Below are positions 1 through 14,019 of a stretch of 64,000 bases of DNA, piece after piece. The notes beneath the pieces are model-generated. The model saw only the letters and a list, made by a program, of their open reading frames with translations. It was not told where the DNA came from and did no database searches. The stretch is from Guillardia theta CCMP2712 (lineage: Eukaryota > Protista > Cryptophyta). The stretch spans positions 1,077,438 through 1,141,437 of the forward strand of contig NW_005434664.1 of the NCBI RefSeq assembly GCF_000315625.1. The letters run 5' to 3'. Made by a program: the position numbers and the translations under genes. Every line of letters begins with the position of its first letter. Within the stretch, counting starts at the first letter, position 1.

Positions 1-920
1 TGAAATAGTCAAGGAGTTGATGAGCAGTAACTTGTCTTGTTCAAACATCCCCTAGCTCATCTTGTTCGATCCCAGACGTCTTTGCGAAGTTTTCCGGGGA
101 GGAGTGGAGGTCAGAGGATTTGCCTCAGATAGGAACGAGGTAAGAGCTCTGCACTGTCTCTCAGCGACCGACTGTTTTGTGTCAGCGGCTTGACGGACAA
201 GAATGGTGACGACGTGAACCAAGGTGGGTCAATATTCCTTCCCCACCCTCCATGAACTCTTATTTTATCCCTCACTCCAGCCCTCGTAAGACCGCCGTGC
301 ACGGCTGCATGCTTGCAGCGAGCGATTCCTGGGGAGGACAGGTGAAGGGTGTTTGCTCCATGGCACCTCTGACCAAGGTCTCAAGGCCCTTCATGGACAC
401 CAGCTCCATCACAGATTGGCTCTTACCCCAGCTGCAAATTGAAATGAAGGCAAGTTGAAAACTGCTGGGCGGCCTGAAACTCACAGGACATGCAGGATGA
501 AGACGATTATCTGGGGGTGCCGGGAACGACGCCGGTCGATGGGAGGTGCGGACGCGCCCGGTCCTGTGACGAATCATGACGTGGCTCAAGGGAATACGCT
601 GAGGGACATTTTGGGGTGTATGCCTTGAACAAGAGACCGCCCAAGATCCCTGAGAACCAGACCGAACCGTACATCCCCTCTACCCAGAGGTCCAACAGAA
701 GTTTCCGGGTGTTGTCTGCTGTGCTCTGTTTTGGTTCCTCCTCGCTGACTTGTTGTGGGTAGATTGAGGTGAGCAAGTACGAGACCGAGGAGTTGAGGAG
801 GAGGGGAATGGTAATGCTCCTTCACCTTCCTGTGCTTGTGCTCCACCAATGAAGGAACCTCAGGCAACCGAGGAGCTGGAAGGCGAGTACTTAGACGAGG
901 AGAAGGAAGAGAACTGGTAA
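1..920 (+). CDS. 3' part of a multi-exon hypothetical protein (5' end lies outside the window)
   Basis: A run of GT/GC..AG introns joins in-frame exons (..DTSSITDWLLPQLQIEMK, ..EYAEGHFGVYALNKRPPKIPENQTEPY.., ..EELEGEYLDEEKEENW*), with stop at 918-920. No family recognised. Confidence 0.55.
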
Positions 921-1917
921 GAATGCTAATATCAATCCTTCAACGTTTTTGACATGTTGACATCAGAGATTTGAAACTTAGTGGTCGGGCTGAATCTATT
1001 AAAAAAAAACGCATCACCGACTACTGAAGACTCTCACTGTCATGTGCCGTCCATGGCCGCATGCTATGGCCGCGATGATCGGTGTGGCCCGGCTACACTG
1101 CGGCGGCGGCCGGCCCGGCGACTCACTGAGTCACTGCCGGCGTACGCCGGGTCCGGTCACGCGGCCCGGGCCGGGGCTGGTTTTAAGTTCCGAAGTTCAT
1201 GCCGGCCCCTCGGAGTAAGAAACTCCGAAGGGCCCCGGCCCCGAGCCGCACTCAAAGTTTCATAGGCTGGCCGCGCTGTCAGCAGCGGCCGGATCACCAC
1301 TCGGCCTCCTGGCCTTCAAAGATACAAAAACAAGGTTTTTACTTCCAACTGTACAGAAAATTTCAGTCAATGCTCGCCTCCCTCAAAAGTTGACTTCGTT
1401 GATCTCTTTCGCCTTTCTTTTAGAACATTTTTAGGAGGTACTTTTTGTACTGTATGTAAAAATCTGTACTGACCGCAACACTTTTAGAGGCTCTACAAAC
1501 TAATATTTTCTTTATTGAACTGGTACTGCCAGCCCTGGTTTACTACCACTAATAATCAACGCAAAGTCATGGCAGCCAGCAAGCAGTCATCCTAGCCCAC
1601 AAATAGGGGTGGGGGTTAGATAATTTATGGGTGGGGTAATTGGGAACATACGGTGCAGACTCGAAATCCTGGTACAAACGACTGAACATAGTAGGGTAGG
1701 GTGATCATAGTCGCAACAGAAGGTGGGGTGATCTTTTGGTAACGGGGTGGTGTCATCCAGGCTTATCTCCCCCGATATAAAAGATACTGGGCAGTGGGCA
1801 GTTCCATGCGCTGCTCCTGCTGCTGAACTCCTCTACACTCCTTCCCTCCTCTACCGAGGCTCCCTGCTACACACTCGTTCTAACCTTCTCCGTCCCTACA
1901 CACCTCCCTGCACAACA

Positions 1918-2352
1918 ATGAACCGAGCTATCCTCCTCGCACGCCCTTTCAGGAGCCTCCGATCTCTCTCCAGGAGCCTCACTCAGCAAGCCAACCGTCT
2001 TGACTCCGTCCTAGGAGGAGACCTGAGTCTCGGGCCTCTTGCCCCGAAGACTATTGCCCCTATGGCCTCTGCCATGCACGTCAACAATGTGGGAGCCGAT
2101 GATCACTACATGGTAGACTCTCCGCTCTTTCAGAGTGAGGCCGTGGAAGAGGCTCAGATCAAGGACCGAGCTTATGTCCTCGCCTTGGCAGAGTCGCTCC
2201 TGATTAAGGTCAGCGTCAACTGGAGCCTCGAGCTTACCACAGCCAAGTATGAACAAGCGCATGCGGCTAGCCCTGCTGAAACTTACAAAGAGCGGGAGCA
2301 CTGGAGGCATGCGTTACAACTTGCCTATGGCCCAAGCTGCATGCACAGCTAG
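1918..2352 (+). CDS. Small hypothetical protein with a mitochondrial presequence-like N-terminus
   Basis: ATG at 1918 gives MNRAILLARPFRSLRSLSRSLTQQANRL, which is R/S/L-rich and free of acidic residues. A possible intron at ~2209-2242 is unresolved. Confidence 0.5.
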   Translation: MNRAILLARPFRSLRSLSRSLTQQANRLDSVLGGDLSLGPLAPKTIAPMASAMHVNNVGADDHYMVDSPLFQSEAVEEAQIKDRAYVLALAESLLIKVSVNWSLELTTAKYEQAHAASPAETYKEREHWRHALQLAYGPSCMHS

Positions 2353-2608
2353 AGCTGAAACCTTCTTGTCTCCTCTGTTGTCTCGACCCTCGTCTAGAGT
2401 CGACGTGTTGTTCTAGCACCCTTGTTCTGTAACAGTAAACATCTGAAAGCTGCTTGTGAAGTACATGTCTCTACCGTTCTCTACCGTAGGTTGACACCTG
2501 CACTTTGCAATGTAGAGGATTCTGGTTCAGATAGACTAGTTTACAAATTGACAGCATGAGAACTGAGATGAAGAATGCCGATAAAGACAGAACTATACGA
2601 CAGCACTA

Positions 2609-5600
2609 TCAATTGCCTCCTAGCGCTACACCGTTGTCCTTGGCCCACTTCTTCACTGTCCGGAGAAGATACTCCACCTGCATGGGTTGGTCGGTCATGT
2701 GCCCGCAGAAGCTAGAACGGTAGGAGAAGAAGCAAGGTGAGGTAGCAAGGAGAGCAAGTAGTAGGAGCAGGAGAAAGAGAGGAGGAACAGTGGATGTATG
2801 GCAGTAGCAGGAGGAGGAGGAGGAGGAGGAGGAGGAGGAAGAGAGAGTGCCTGTGGGTTGGAAGTGCTTCTGAGCATTTCGATCATCTCCGGGAGGGAGT
2901 CTTTGGGCTCTTTCTTGGCCAGCACCTGACGAGTCACTCAGCAGACACACGCACACGTCAGTCCTGACCATCTGAAAGGCGCCGACAAAGGCTCCTTTCT
3001 TGCCCTCCCAGTACTCGGGCAGTGAGTCGATGCGCTCAAGCACATTGAAAGCCTACGAGGCAAGCTCAGATGTATGGGATAGGAAGGGCAGGAAACTATA
3101 AAAGCACCAGCAAAGTAGTGTAGTAATGAAAAGGAGACAGTCTGAGGTGGGAGAAGGGATAGGCAGAAGGGATAGGCAGAAGGGAGAGGGAGGAGGGAGA
3201 AGGGAGAAGGGAGAGGGAGAGGAAGGCGTCACCTTGAGAGAGTAGAAGAAATGCCCCATGGAGTAGCACGTGTTGGCAATCTCCTTCTCTCAGAGTCACT
3301 CGTACAGCAGCTCTCTCCCAGCTCACCTGCAGCAGAACGTACGCGTTGGAGGAGACGTCCAAGGAGAGATAAGCCTGCAAGAGATGTGACTCAAGTCCGA
3401 CATCTGCTGGGGGTCTGCTGACCTCCCATGCAAGGTGAGGCTTGTCGTTGTGTATGTGCGTCCGAGCCCTCCAGGCGATGAAGGAGAACTCGTTTCTTAT
3501 CTCCGGTGACTTGACGCTGTCAAACGCCTGCTCCGCTCCCTTCCTGCCCCAGCCTCGGTTAGTCCCAGGAGAGGAGGCTCGCAGCAGCCTACCAGTGGCC
3601 GGCACAGGCTTGTGCTATGCCGAAGTTGTAGTTGAAGCTGTCGTCCTCTCGCAGGTAGGGCGCGATGGACTGAGAGCGAGTGAGAAGCTTCCAACAGAGC
3701 TCGACCCTTCCAGTCGCAGGCTCGTCGATGTCTCGCGTGCGGGCTGGGCGTCGTCTCGCAGGGGCAGCGGGAGGTGGAGGGGGACTGACCTTGAGGTAGA
3801 TGTTCACGTCGTCGAACTGCTTCAGCAGGAAGAAGCACTGGGCCATACACTGCCGCACGCCTCAAGAGAGCCCGCCTCCGCCTCCTCCTCCCACCTGTCT
3901 GCCTGGGATCGTGTCGCAATGGCTGCTGGACGCGCCGACAATCTGCGGCGGGGGAACACGTCATCAGCACGAGCACACGAGCCGGCGAGTCGTCAAGAGA
4001 CCTGGAAGTACTGCTGGGCCTGCTTGAGCAGCTCGGAGTTGTTCTTCTCCTGCCCATCGCCGTCACTGAACAGCAGCAGCAGCAGCAGCGACGAGCCTGT
4101 CCGATGGAGGCATAGACGACTGCTTTCAGGATGTATTCTTCTGGTTGCGTCGGCTCCAGGTCCTTGATCACGTCCTGCGGTGGACGCGTGAGGCTGATGG
4201 GCGAGAGGGACGAGGGGAGGGACGTTGGCGTGCTCGAGGTCGCCCTGGTGGAGGTAGTAGATGCAGAGGTTGATGCGAGCTTCCGGGATGACCGACATGA
4301 GCGGCGGAAACACCTGCCGGCCCCTCAGCCCTCAGCCCTCGGGGCTTCCCCATCACCTGCAGGGCGTTCTCGCCGCTGAGAGAGGAGGAGGTCAGCGAAG
4401 CAGAGGACCAGCAGGACGTGCGCGCGTCACCTCCGGAAGACTGAGAGGTTGTGCCGGATGAGCTCGTTGTCGATGGACGAGACTGCCAGACGGTCACACG
4501 CAGCGCAAGAGAGCAGGAGGGAAGAAGAAGGGAGAGGAAGGAGGAGAGAAGGGATAGAGAAGGCGAGAGATGGAGAGGGAGTAGGCGAGGTGACTGCAGG
4601 AGGAGAGGCTGAGGCAGCAGACTGAGGAGGCTCAACAAGAGGCTGCGAGCAAGCGACTCTCTTACCTGGCGCTCCGTAGATGGAGCCCAACGCCTTCAGC
4701 TCAGCCTGCGGTCAAGACGCCAGTCAGCCTTCGCCCTCCTCTTCCCCTCCTCCACCTCCGCGGCTGATCCGTTGTAGAGCTTGTAGTGGTTGCATGCTTT
4801 GATGTTGATGGCGTACAGGCTGTCTGCTCGCAGCTGGGCAGTCAGGTGGACCATGCGCACGAGCTGAGGTTCACCTGGAAACCGGTTGAGGTAGAGGTTC
4901 AAGATCTCCAGAGACACGTCGTAGTAGTCCTGCAGGGCAAGGCAGCAGGAGCGAGAGGCCGTCAGCGACAGGCGCGTCCAGCAGTCTCATCGACCCACCA
5001 GCTTGTAGTAGCAGAGGGCCACGTACACGTTGAGCGCGATGTTGTCTCTCTGCTCCAGCAACACCCTCTTGTATACGTCCGTCGCCTCCTGCCCTCCCCC
5101 ACCATCAGCCACCAGCAGATGCGCGGGCAGCCTGCCGACCTGATAGTGACCGCGAAGGAAGTGCATGGCGGCTAACGACAGCTGATCTTCAACGCTGCAC
5201 GCACGCGCAGCATGACTGCCTGACGCCTCGACGCCTCCTCCTACCTTGCTGACATCTTCTGGTGGTAGATCATGAGCTTACCCTCGTCCCCTGCCGCTCG
5301 TGAGCACCCCCTCGCCCTCCTCCTCTCCTCCTCATACCTATCTTATGCGCCATGTGGAACAGGATCCGGTTCTGCAATTGACCTGGCGGCCCCCTGCAGG
5401 CGAGTCAAGTCAGTCAGCACGAGCTTCCAAGTCCCGTCCCGCACCTCAGCGCGCACTCCTCCACTGCCTTGTACTGCCCGAGCCCGAAGTGGCAGATGGC
5501 CTTCCACAACCAGGCCATGGGCTCAGGGTCTGCCGCTGGACGTGAGGGAGGAGAAGAGGAGCGAGGAGGAGGCGTCGAGTTACCTTGATCATACTTGAGA

Positions 5601-6072
5601 TGCTCGTCGATCTGATTCATCGCCGCCTGAAAGTCTCCCAGGTGGATGTAGCAGTACGCCATCCAGAACCTGATCCCTGCCTCACTCCCACCTCCTCCCC
5701 AGCTAGTCAAACCTCTTCTCCGTCTCCAGCCCGACATTCGATTTGACTTCGTCCGTGTTCACCTGGCAGCCAGTCGGCGCTTCTCCTCAACTCCTCCCCC
5801 TCCCCAGTCCTCGCCCCCCTTTCCCTTCCTCGCTCTCCCTGCTCCTTCCTTGCCCTCCCTCCCTCACCTGCCAGTTGAGAAGCCCCAGAGCTCCGTTCCA
5901 GTCACTGCCAGGCTGCGTCAGTCCCACCACTCTCACCAGCAGGAGCTTCGAGCATCGACCGTGATTCGACGAAGGCCTCGAGGTCGGGGATCTTCTTCCT
6001 GTTCTCCTTCGCCTTCTTGGAGGCGGAGCTGTCGCTGAACGTCTTGGCTCCAGCCCTCTTGGGGAACAACAT
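2609..6072 (-). CDS. IFT56: Intraflagellar transport protein 56 (TTC26/DYF-13), copy 1, ~20 introns
   Basis: Exons match TTC26 motifs: [150 protein letters not shown]. Confidence 0.95.
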
Positions 6073-6537
6073 CTTGATGCCTGGATTGCCAAGCAAGGTC
6101 AGGGTTGAGGTTAGAGAGAGTGTGATGTTGGCTTGGAGCACAAGCCTCGCAAGGTTCAGCTATCTTAAGTCTCATTCTCGCCTGCTACTTTCTAGTTTGC
6201 TGTGCCTGCCGATGCCTTCATCTATCAACTTGACGAGTCCTTTGACAGCAATCATGGCAATGGAATTGCAACTTGTCGGAACTTCGGAAGCTTAGTGGCA
6301 TGGAGGCTGTGCGGCGGGGCACGAGGCTCAGGGCCATCCGGTCTCACTCCGAGGCTCAGTAGCTGCCCTTGCACTGAGGCTTAGGCCCCGCTGAGCATGG
6401 CGGCAGCGACTTGGACGTCACGCAACTGCGGCCGCCACTGCCGCTGGAGCTGAGCGACTCTCGGAGTCCTGCCGCAGTGCATACCCGCCATCAAACTGAA
6501 ACCCTCAATTGAAAAATTTAGACTCTCCTGAGTGTGC

Positions 6538-6572
6538 TCGTACTGATTTTTTAATTTTACTTAGGCAGTAAA
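6538..6572 (-). repeat. Degenerate copy of a dispersed intergenic element (consensus CTTTACTCAAAGTTAAGTTAAAAATCAGTACGAG)
   Basis: tcgtactgattttttaattttacttaggcagtaaa, preceded by gactctcctga as in the copy at 32821-32886. Confidence 0.6.
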
Positions 6573-7679
6573 CCGGAAAAATTAGAGCACACTGAAAAAT
6601 AACTCAATCCAGCTGTGTCAAACTTCACAAGTCACCTTCTCAGTACAGTGCCTAGCTCCGGGGACCGGCCCGGCCGGTGCAGCCGGGGCCCGGTACCAAG
6701 TTAATCAAGCTCAGTCGTCTTGTCCGCCCGGGGGCAGCCGGCAATAAAAAAAAACTCCCGGCAGGGTCTTGCAGGGGAGAAGGTAGGGGTGGTAGTAACG
6801 GGGGTAGGGGTGGTAGGGGTGGTAGTCAACGGTGGTAGATTTAATGTTTTATAATGGGGTGGGTGGTTGTCTTTTTGACAAAAATCACAGACGAGGTGGT
6901 GATTGAGGCGGGGAGTAGGGGTAGAGGTAGTACAATGAGGCATTTTTTGGTGTAGGAGTGGGTAGGGTGGGTATTCGGGGTAAGGGAGTAGTCGTGGAGC
7001 GAAGTAAGCTACTTACAGGGGGGGTAGGGGTACTCCGGGTGTTGGCTTGTTTTTTACATTTCACTGGGAAATGATGGGGGTAGGGGTGGGGTTGTAAGGG
7101 GGGTAGGGTGGACAGGAGTTGTTGGTAGGGTCTGGCGCTGCAAAAAACAAGCATGGCAGAGCAATGGAAAGGCGAGGAGGAGGGGAGGAGGAAGGTAGAA
7201 GAAGGACGATGACGACTGAGAAACCTATGATAGATGAGAAGATGAGAAAACAGTAAGGAGAGCAGGGTTGGAGGAGAAAAAGGAGAGGACAGGACAGGAG
7301 TGGAGAGGGACAGGGGAGGAGGGGTGCGTGAGCGGAACCTGAAAGAAGAGGGAAGGGAACGAGAAGATAGCACCAGGAGTATGCATTGAAGATGTTTACA
7401 TCATTTGATCATATATTGTAAGGGTGAAGCAAGACGTTCGGGTGTTGGCGATGAATTTCATCTCGTAACATGTATTCTTGTCTTTGACAAACATTCGCTT
7501 CCCACTTCGAGATGTCCGAAACTTGATCGCAGAGTATCTGTCTGACCCATTCCTGTATTCTCGGATCTGTTTTAAGCATACAGTCATTCGAATAACCGAT
7601 ATCAACATTGAAATGTTGACAAACGGTTGGCAGGTTGCTGTAATATCTACCCCCCCCGTTTCTTGCCAAGGCTCTCTCA

Positions 7680-9232
7680 ATGTCTAGAGCAGACTTCATG
7701 TATGCCAGCGACGATTCGTACAGTGGCTCGTTAGATTCTCAAGATGGGTTCTATGAAAACAATTCTTTTGAAGGGGATGGGCTCGAGTCGTACGACGAGA
7801 TGTATGACTACGACAGCGAACACTCTGAGGGATCATGGTTCGGCCAGCAGTACGCCGTTCCAGGGATCCGCGGACAGCAGTACGGCAGTCGACCGATGGA
7901 CACTGACGATCGAACTTCTCAGAGCGGCGAAGTTAGGCCCGTAGTCTGCCATATGTGCTCCCGTTCCTTTGCAAGAATGCCGAACCTTGTGAGGCACTGG
8001 GGAGGAAACATCGACCCGGTGCAACTCGACTGCTACACGTGCAGTCGTCAGTTCTGCAGTGACAGTGCGTTACTTCGGCATATGCAAGACGCGCATGGAG
8101 ATGACCCTCACTGCTGCCCTCATTGCGGAAAATCTTTCTCGTCGAGGAATGGCCTAATGTCGCACAGGGGTTTCGAGCCAGATGTTCTCTATCACGAGTG
8201 CAACTACTGCGATCGATCCTTCTGCAGTAGAAAGTCAAGAGACCAGCATGAGAGCAGCTCGCACGGTAATGAGTGCGAAGTGTGCAACACGCAGTTTGCA
8301 TCGCGAAGGCAGCTTGAGAATCACCGAGGAGGCGCTCCTTTCAACGCACGGTTTGACTGCAGGATTTGCGGGCGCTGGTTCTGCAGTGCAAGGTTGTTGT
8401 GTTGACTTGTATCTTTTCGTTGCTCACATGCTAGCAGGAGTCTCATGCAGCATGCAGACATGTCGCATCACGGGTTTGAATGCCTGCGGTGTCCAATCTG
8501 CCGTACATCGTTTGCAAACCTCGGACAGCTTCTCCTGCATTGCGGTATTGAACAGTCAGGTTGATGATGGTCAGTGAGATTTGCTGCTCAGATGGTGTGC
8601 GACCGACACATGCCTTCCACTGCCGCGTCTGCTCGAGGCCATTCTGCAGCATGAGCAGGAAGATATTTCATGAGCAGAACGAGTAAGGGCCTGCTGCTGT
8701 GATAGGCAAGACTCAGTGATGGTTCGCCAGGTGCAACGTCGGTTCCTCTCCTGATCTCCTGGAGGACTTCTGGAGCTCCGATGGGCTTCATAGAGCGCTA
8801 GCTGAGCTGATCCGACGAGCTCAGAGCATGAGCTCAGAGCAGCAGCAGTCCACTGCCTCCCGCGTCATGTCACGGCTGCAGCCTCGCGCAGCAACACACG
8901 AGGTGGAGGCGATCTAGCTTCAATGGCAATGTGATGGCTGTCATCAGGAAAAGGACGATAAGGAAGGATGCATCTTCTGCTTTGACAACTTTGGCTCTGC
9001 GGTGTGTTGCTGGGAGCTCGCTGTCATTCTCTGAGGCCATGCAGGACGTGACGACGCTGCCGTGCTCGCACACCTTCCACTACAAGTGCATGAGACAGTG
9101 GGCAATGAACAACTCCTGCCCTGTATGCAGGTGAGGGAGGAACGTGCCGTGTGCTAGCTATTGATAGGCTTCTTTAGAGCACAGATATGTCGAGACCCAC
9201 CCAACTCGAACTCGGACTATCTCAGGTCCTAG
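7680..9232 (+). CDS. Multiple C2H2 zinc fingers plus a C-terminal RING-H2 domain (putative E3 ligase)
   Basis: Repeated CxxC-x-F-x-L-x-H-x-H units (CHMCSRSF, CYTCSRQF, CPHCGKSF, CNYCDRSF, CEVCNTQF, CRICGRWF). RING: CIFCFDNF...LPCSHTFHYKCMRQWAMNNSCPVCR. Confidence 0.85.
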
Positions 9233-9269
9233 CAAGAGCGCCTCCCGTTGGAAGCGCGTCTACCAGCCA

Positions 9270-10165
9270 TCTGTTATGCAACTGATATCCCTGCTTGCAA
9301 GCCTAGCCTGCTGTCGTTACCCCCATCCTCGCTCCCTAGGCCCCCTCTTACAGCTCGTCGTTGCTCTGCATCCAGCCATCACTCGCACCGAGGGGCAAGA
9401 AGATTTCTCACCTTATCAACTGTGTTGGACGTCTTATCCCTGCTCACAAGCGTCAGACAAGCAAGTCTAGCCTCTCCCTCCTCCATCACCCCATCACGCT
9501 GCTCCATCTTGGCATCATGAGCGATGGATTTTTCCACCAGCCAGCCTGCTGCTCTGAGGGAACTGGAGGCTGCGCCTGATCGTGTGACTGACTCGATGAC
9601 GAACTTGTCGCTGCTCCAAGAATTCCCTCAGAGGAAGGAAGCGCGAAGTAGTCCTTGGCCTTGTCAGCCGTTGATCGCCAGTCCCAGTTCGACATCTGCT
9701 GTCTCGTTACAACGAGACACAACGAGGGCCAGCGCTTTTGCAGTTCATCACCTCCGAGCACAAGCTCTTTGCCTGCAGGTACTGCTGCTTGTACCTACCA
9801 TTAAGTTCCTCACATTCAAGCAAACGCAAAGTCAACAACACCATGTCGGGTCGATCAGCATGGCTGCAGAGGCGTCTAACGTGTCGCCATACCTCTCGTA
9901 AAGAGGGTGAATGACCTTGTATGCTCGTCACGACAAGGAACAAGCAGACGGATCTGTAATCTCACAGCTCCTTCACCGATGTGATAGTAGTCCAGCGAGT
10001 TGCCATCCTCAAGAATGTAAGCTCCACACCTGATGAGCCAACAGCTCGTCAATGTGGACAAACAGGTGCACAAGGAGACACACCAAACACAAATACCAAA
10101 TACAGGCACAAGCCGGAGCGGGAGGAGCAGGAGCAGGAGCAGGAGCAGGGCGAATGCAGGGTTTA

Positions 10166-10204
<39 letters not shown>

Positions 10205-10930
10205 ATCAAAAAGATCCATTTTTGCTCACATCAGGCGAAGTTTCCCTCTCTTGTCAGCCCACTCAAGCCAAGATCGAGGTCTCCCAGAAAAACGATCCAT
10301 GTAGCTCTGGGAGCCCATCACAGGATGCCTGCAGCTCCACACGAGACAAGGAGGCACCTGAGTTTGACCTTGGGGATTTGACTGGAGGGCAATGACCTCG
10401 GCAAATCCTTTTAAATCAAATCAAACATGCAGGACACGGAGCAGACAAACGACAACCCGTGTCTTCGTCAAGAATGTCAGAGTAGTTTGATCTATCCTCT
10501 CGCTTGTCCGCTACTTGGGTCCAGTCACTGTTATCAAACCTGCGCCACGTCACGATCCAACCGCCAAGTCCTGTCCTCTTACATCTGCATCACCAGCGCT
10601 CGAAGCGTGGATACATCATCCCCTGTCTTTACCTTCATCGGATGCTTCTCGCCATCTGGTGCTGCGACTTGAATCACGACGTAATGGTTCGATTCTGCGG
10701 CTGTTGCTGCTCCTGACTGTACATGTGTGTGTTCGTGGACAGGCATGGCGAGCGTGAATGGAACTCAGGCAATCAAATCAGACGGGAATGGGTACAGTGC
10801 ATCGTCGGGATCGGCAGTCCTGTTTTGTGCAAAGGTCAGGGAAGTTCTCGTCAGGTATCTCATTATGATCTCAATGGATTCATCAGTAGGACCTCGTTAT
10901 GATATCATTGAATTCATCAGGTTTCAATCT
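9270..10930 (-). CDS. Multi-exon protein containing a ubiquitin-like domain (boundaries approximate)
   Basis: Exon ~10580-10715 gives VVIQVAAPDGEKHPMKVKTGDDVSTLRALV (Ubl beta1-beta2-alpha1). Exon ~9965-10030 gives YILEDGNSLDYYHIGEG (cf. ubiquitin QLEDGRTLSDYNI). Confidence 0.6.
10122..10203. repeat. (GGAGCA)n hexamer microsatellite, two blocks, probably intronic
   Basis: Seen directly in the sequence. Confidence 0.85.
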
Positions 10931-12599
10931 TGTATGCTTTCTGAAGATTCCTTCCTAATAGATCAAACTGTCTATGCCTACCCGACGCCATCATCCCTTC
11001 CGACCTTCTGCAATTCTCACTACCCAACTTTTACCATCGTCCACTTTTTTCATCCTTCTGCATCCCCAAAAGTTATCCGTCCTTCATCTACTATCCATGT
11101 TCCTCCTCTTTCTCATCGTTATCGTCGTCATCATCATCGTCTCTTCGTTGTATCTCCGCTCCCTTGTTGCGCCGGTACCATTGTCCTTGACACGCAGGCA
11201 CAAAGTATCAAACTTTGAAGCGTTCGAAGGGAAAGTTCTCAATCAAGTTTAGGTTCAAACTTTCTCAGCCTGCAAAGTTTGTCATGTCTCAAAGTTTTCA
11301 CAAACTCAATTAGCTAATCTTGACAGTCACATAAGGCTGCTAAGGGGTACTCAGATCAATGTGTGATTTGTACCCGTCCATAAGAACGTAGAGTTTGGGA
11401 TAATATGGGGTAGGGGTAACGAACTACAGCGTTGATTGATGGGGTAGGTGGTAGCAGGAGGGAAGACCCTTCGGGCGGGGTAGGAGATGCCATTTCGGGG
11501 GGTAGCATAAGAGATTCAAGTGGGGGTGCTTTTGTGATCTATGAGGGTAGGGGTCATGAAGCTCGGGGTAGGGGGTGCAAGAACAAGTTAGTTTCTAGTC
11601 TGATGGTGTAGAGAATTGTGGGAAGACAACGGGGTGGGTGACTCTAATTGATGGTGGGGGGTACAGAGAGCTTCACTGTTGATTCAGGGGAGGGGTGGGG
11701 TAGTTTAGTTTTGATTTTCCGTACCTCATTTGGACATATCGGTGGCAATGGTGGTAGCAATACTATCAGGGGGTAGGGGCTCATGAAAGATTTCAATTTT
11801 GAAAGCATAGTTTTCAATATCTTCTGAACGTTTCAATAATTAAATTCTAATTTGGGTAATTCAGGGAGTTGAGAGTGAAATTTTGAATTTGTTGTCGGAG
11901 CTATGGGGTAGGGTGATGGTAAGGATGGGGTAGTGAATGCCAGCAGGAGGGTGTGGGGTCCCTGCATGCTGCAAGCCCTTCATGACACGTCGAAAGCGAC
12001 GAGAGGAGATGAGGAGCGCGGAGAAATGGCAGAGAGAGCAGAGAGACACGATAACGATGGATGCGAAGACTGCCCGGCATGCCGCAAAGCAGACTTGCAG
12101 AAATGATAGAGAGAGGAAGCGAGACAAATGCGGTGAAGGTTGCAGTGGGAGGAATGTGTGTTGCGATGAGGGGTTTTAGTCGTGTTGAAAGACGGCCATG
12201 AAGATGAAAAGCGGCATGCCTCGATGGTTTGAAGGATGAGATGGCTGCAAAAGATCTTACATGGGAAATATGCGGAAATTTAAGTAACTTTGAGAGAGAG
12301 CTATGAGGTATTCGTTAGCATGATTCACAAAGGAGAGTCGCAATATTTTGAATTTCGGGGTTTCAACTTTAAATCTTCACTTGTGTTGGTCAAGGTCTGG
12401 CTGTTATAATCGCATTTGCAATATACAATCCTCGGACTAGATGAAATCATGATGCAAACTCCTTCTTTATAAGCACTGATAGATCGCCTTATGGGTGCTG
12501 TGGGAATTGCAATTAGAGTTGTTTTCTTCACAAATTCCAATGATGATGTAAAGCTTTAGGCGGGTATGTTGACTGATCCTCACTCTCAGACTCACTGCT

Positions 12600-12684
12600 T
12601 GCATGCTTCAAGAAAGTAGCGATCTACGAGATCCCTTGAATCCTGCTGAAAGCACCAACATTTCTTCGACATTTGGTGGTGATA

Positions 12685-12715
<31 letters not shown>

Positions 12716-13809
12716 CTCCTCCTCCTGCCTCATCTTTATTCTGAACCTTCATGAATCGTTTCTTTGTCGCAGGGCTGACTGTGCCTCAAGGAATCACAAG
12801 CATGTTCTCGAAGGTTCAGAACAGCAACCTTGGACTCGCAATTTCAAGTGACCTTGTTCTTTCTGTGCCCTTTACGGAACTTACTCAGACGCCAGGTGTT
12901 AGGAGCAGAATCAGGCCATGGGTCACTGACTTTGGTAACCAGCCTATGTTTCTCGTGCCATACTTGATAGATTGGGAACTTGAGTCGTGGGTTGCTTTCA
13001 GTTCCCAATGTTGACCTTTCAAGAGCACAAACCTTAACATCCAGCTCTGATCGTTAACTTGCAACAGGAGCTGTTTCTCAATTCACTCGCCCTGGAGATG
13101 ACTGGGCTACCCGCCTAAGAGTAAGATATCTCCCTGCTCGAAGAATCGCCTGAGGCAGGTGACAGATCAACGTCACGTACTACAAAGGAAACTATGGGAT
13201 CATTTTCACTGGATTCGTGGTTTACTCCATCATCTCCAATCCTTTCCTCCTTGTATCTATAATCCTCCTCCTCGGTGCATGGTCATGGCTTCTCGGGATG
13301 AGACCAAGACTCGGTGAGAGGGAGTCCATACATGTTGGGGAACCACTGACTTGCTTCAACAGAGGACGGATCTATTGCCCCAGGTCACTCTCCCACGGCG
13401 CTTGCAGGGTCCTTTGCTGATACATCGCAGTGACTGTTGGAGGAAGAGTGCTCTCGGGGTTTGAGCAGAAGGTAGAAGAATAGGCAGGTGGATCCGGGAT
13501 GCTGATCCAACGCTCAGGTTGCCCTGGGGTCCTTCACCTTCATTCTCATGATGATTACGAGCCTGGGCAGCACCATTTTCTGGGCACTGGTACTCGGTTT
13601 AAGAGAAGTAGCGTTCATGTGACGCCGTGGGATCTTCAGGGTGCAAGCATGTTTTTCATCGTAGCGCATGCTATCACGCATAAGACTGACATGCATGAAG
13701 TCAGTTGCTTTCCTCGCTGGATTCTAGCAGACGTCTGACGAGCTTGCAGGTGGACGCTGAGCAGTTCGGAGTCCCCGGCCAGTTCACGCCTGCCGATGCT
13801 TCTGCCTAA
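12600..13809 (+). CDS. PRA1: PRA1 family protein (prenylated Rab acceptor 1); start uncertain
   Basis: Spliced exons give RIRPW..F...WATRL..NVTYYKGNYGIIFTGFVVYSIISNPFLLVSIILLLGAW...GSTIFWAL GASMFFIVAHA. The RPW, NxxYYxxNY and FW..G......HA motifs are PRA1 hallmarks. Confidence 0.8.
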
Positions 13810-14019
13810 TCCACCTGATTCACTAACATCTGCACCGAATAATTTATCTTCATCCTTGAGATTCTACACGGCAAAGATGGAGACTGTGTCTATCTAAGCT
13901 GATGCAAGTGTGACTGCTGCCACAACAATTGAAATGCATGCTGAACGTGTTGAGTTGTTATATTTCGAAATCTATCTTCTAAGTCTTGTCATTGAATCAA
14001 GTTTTCTACAACCTTGTTG

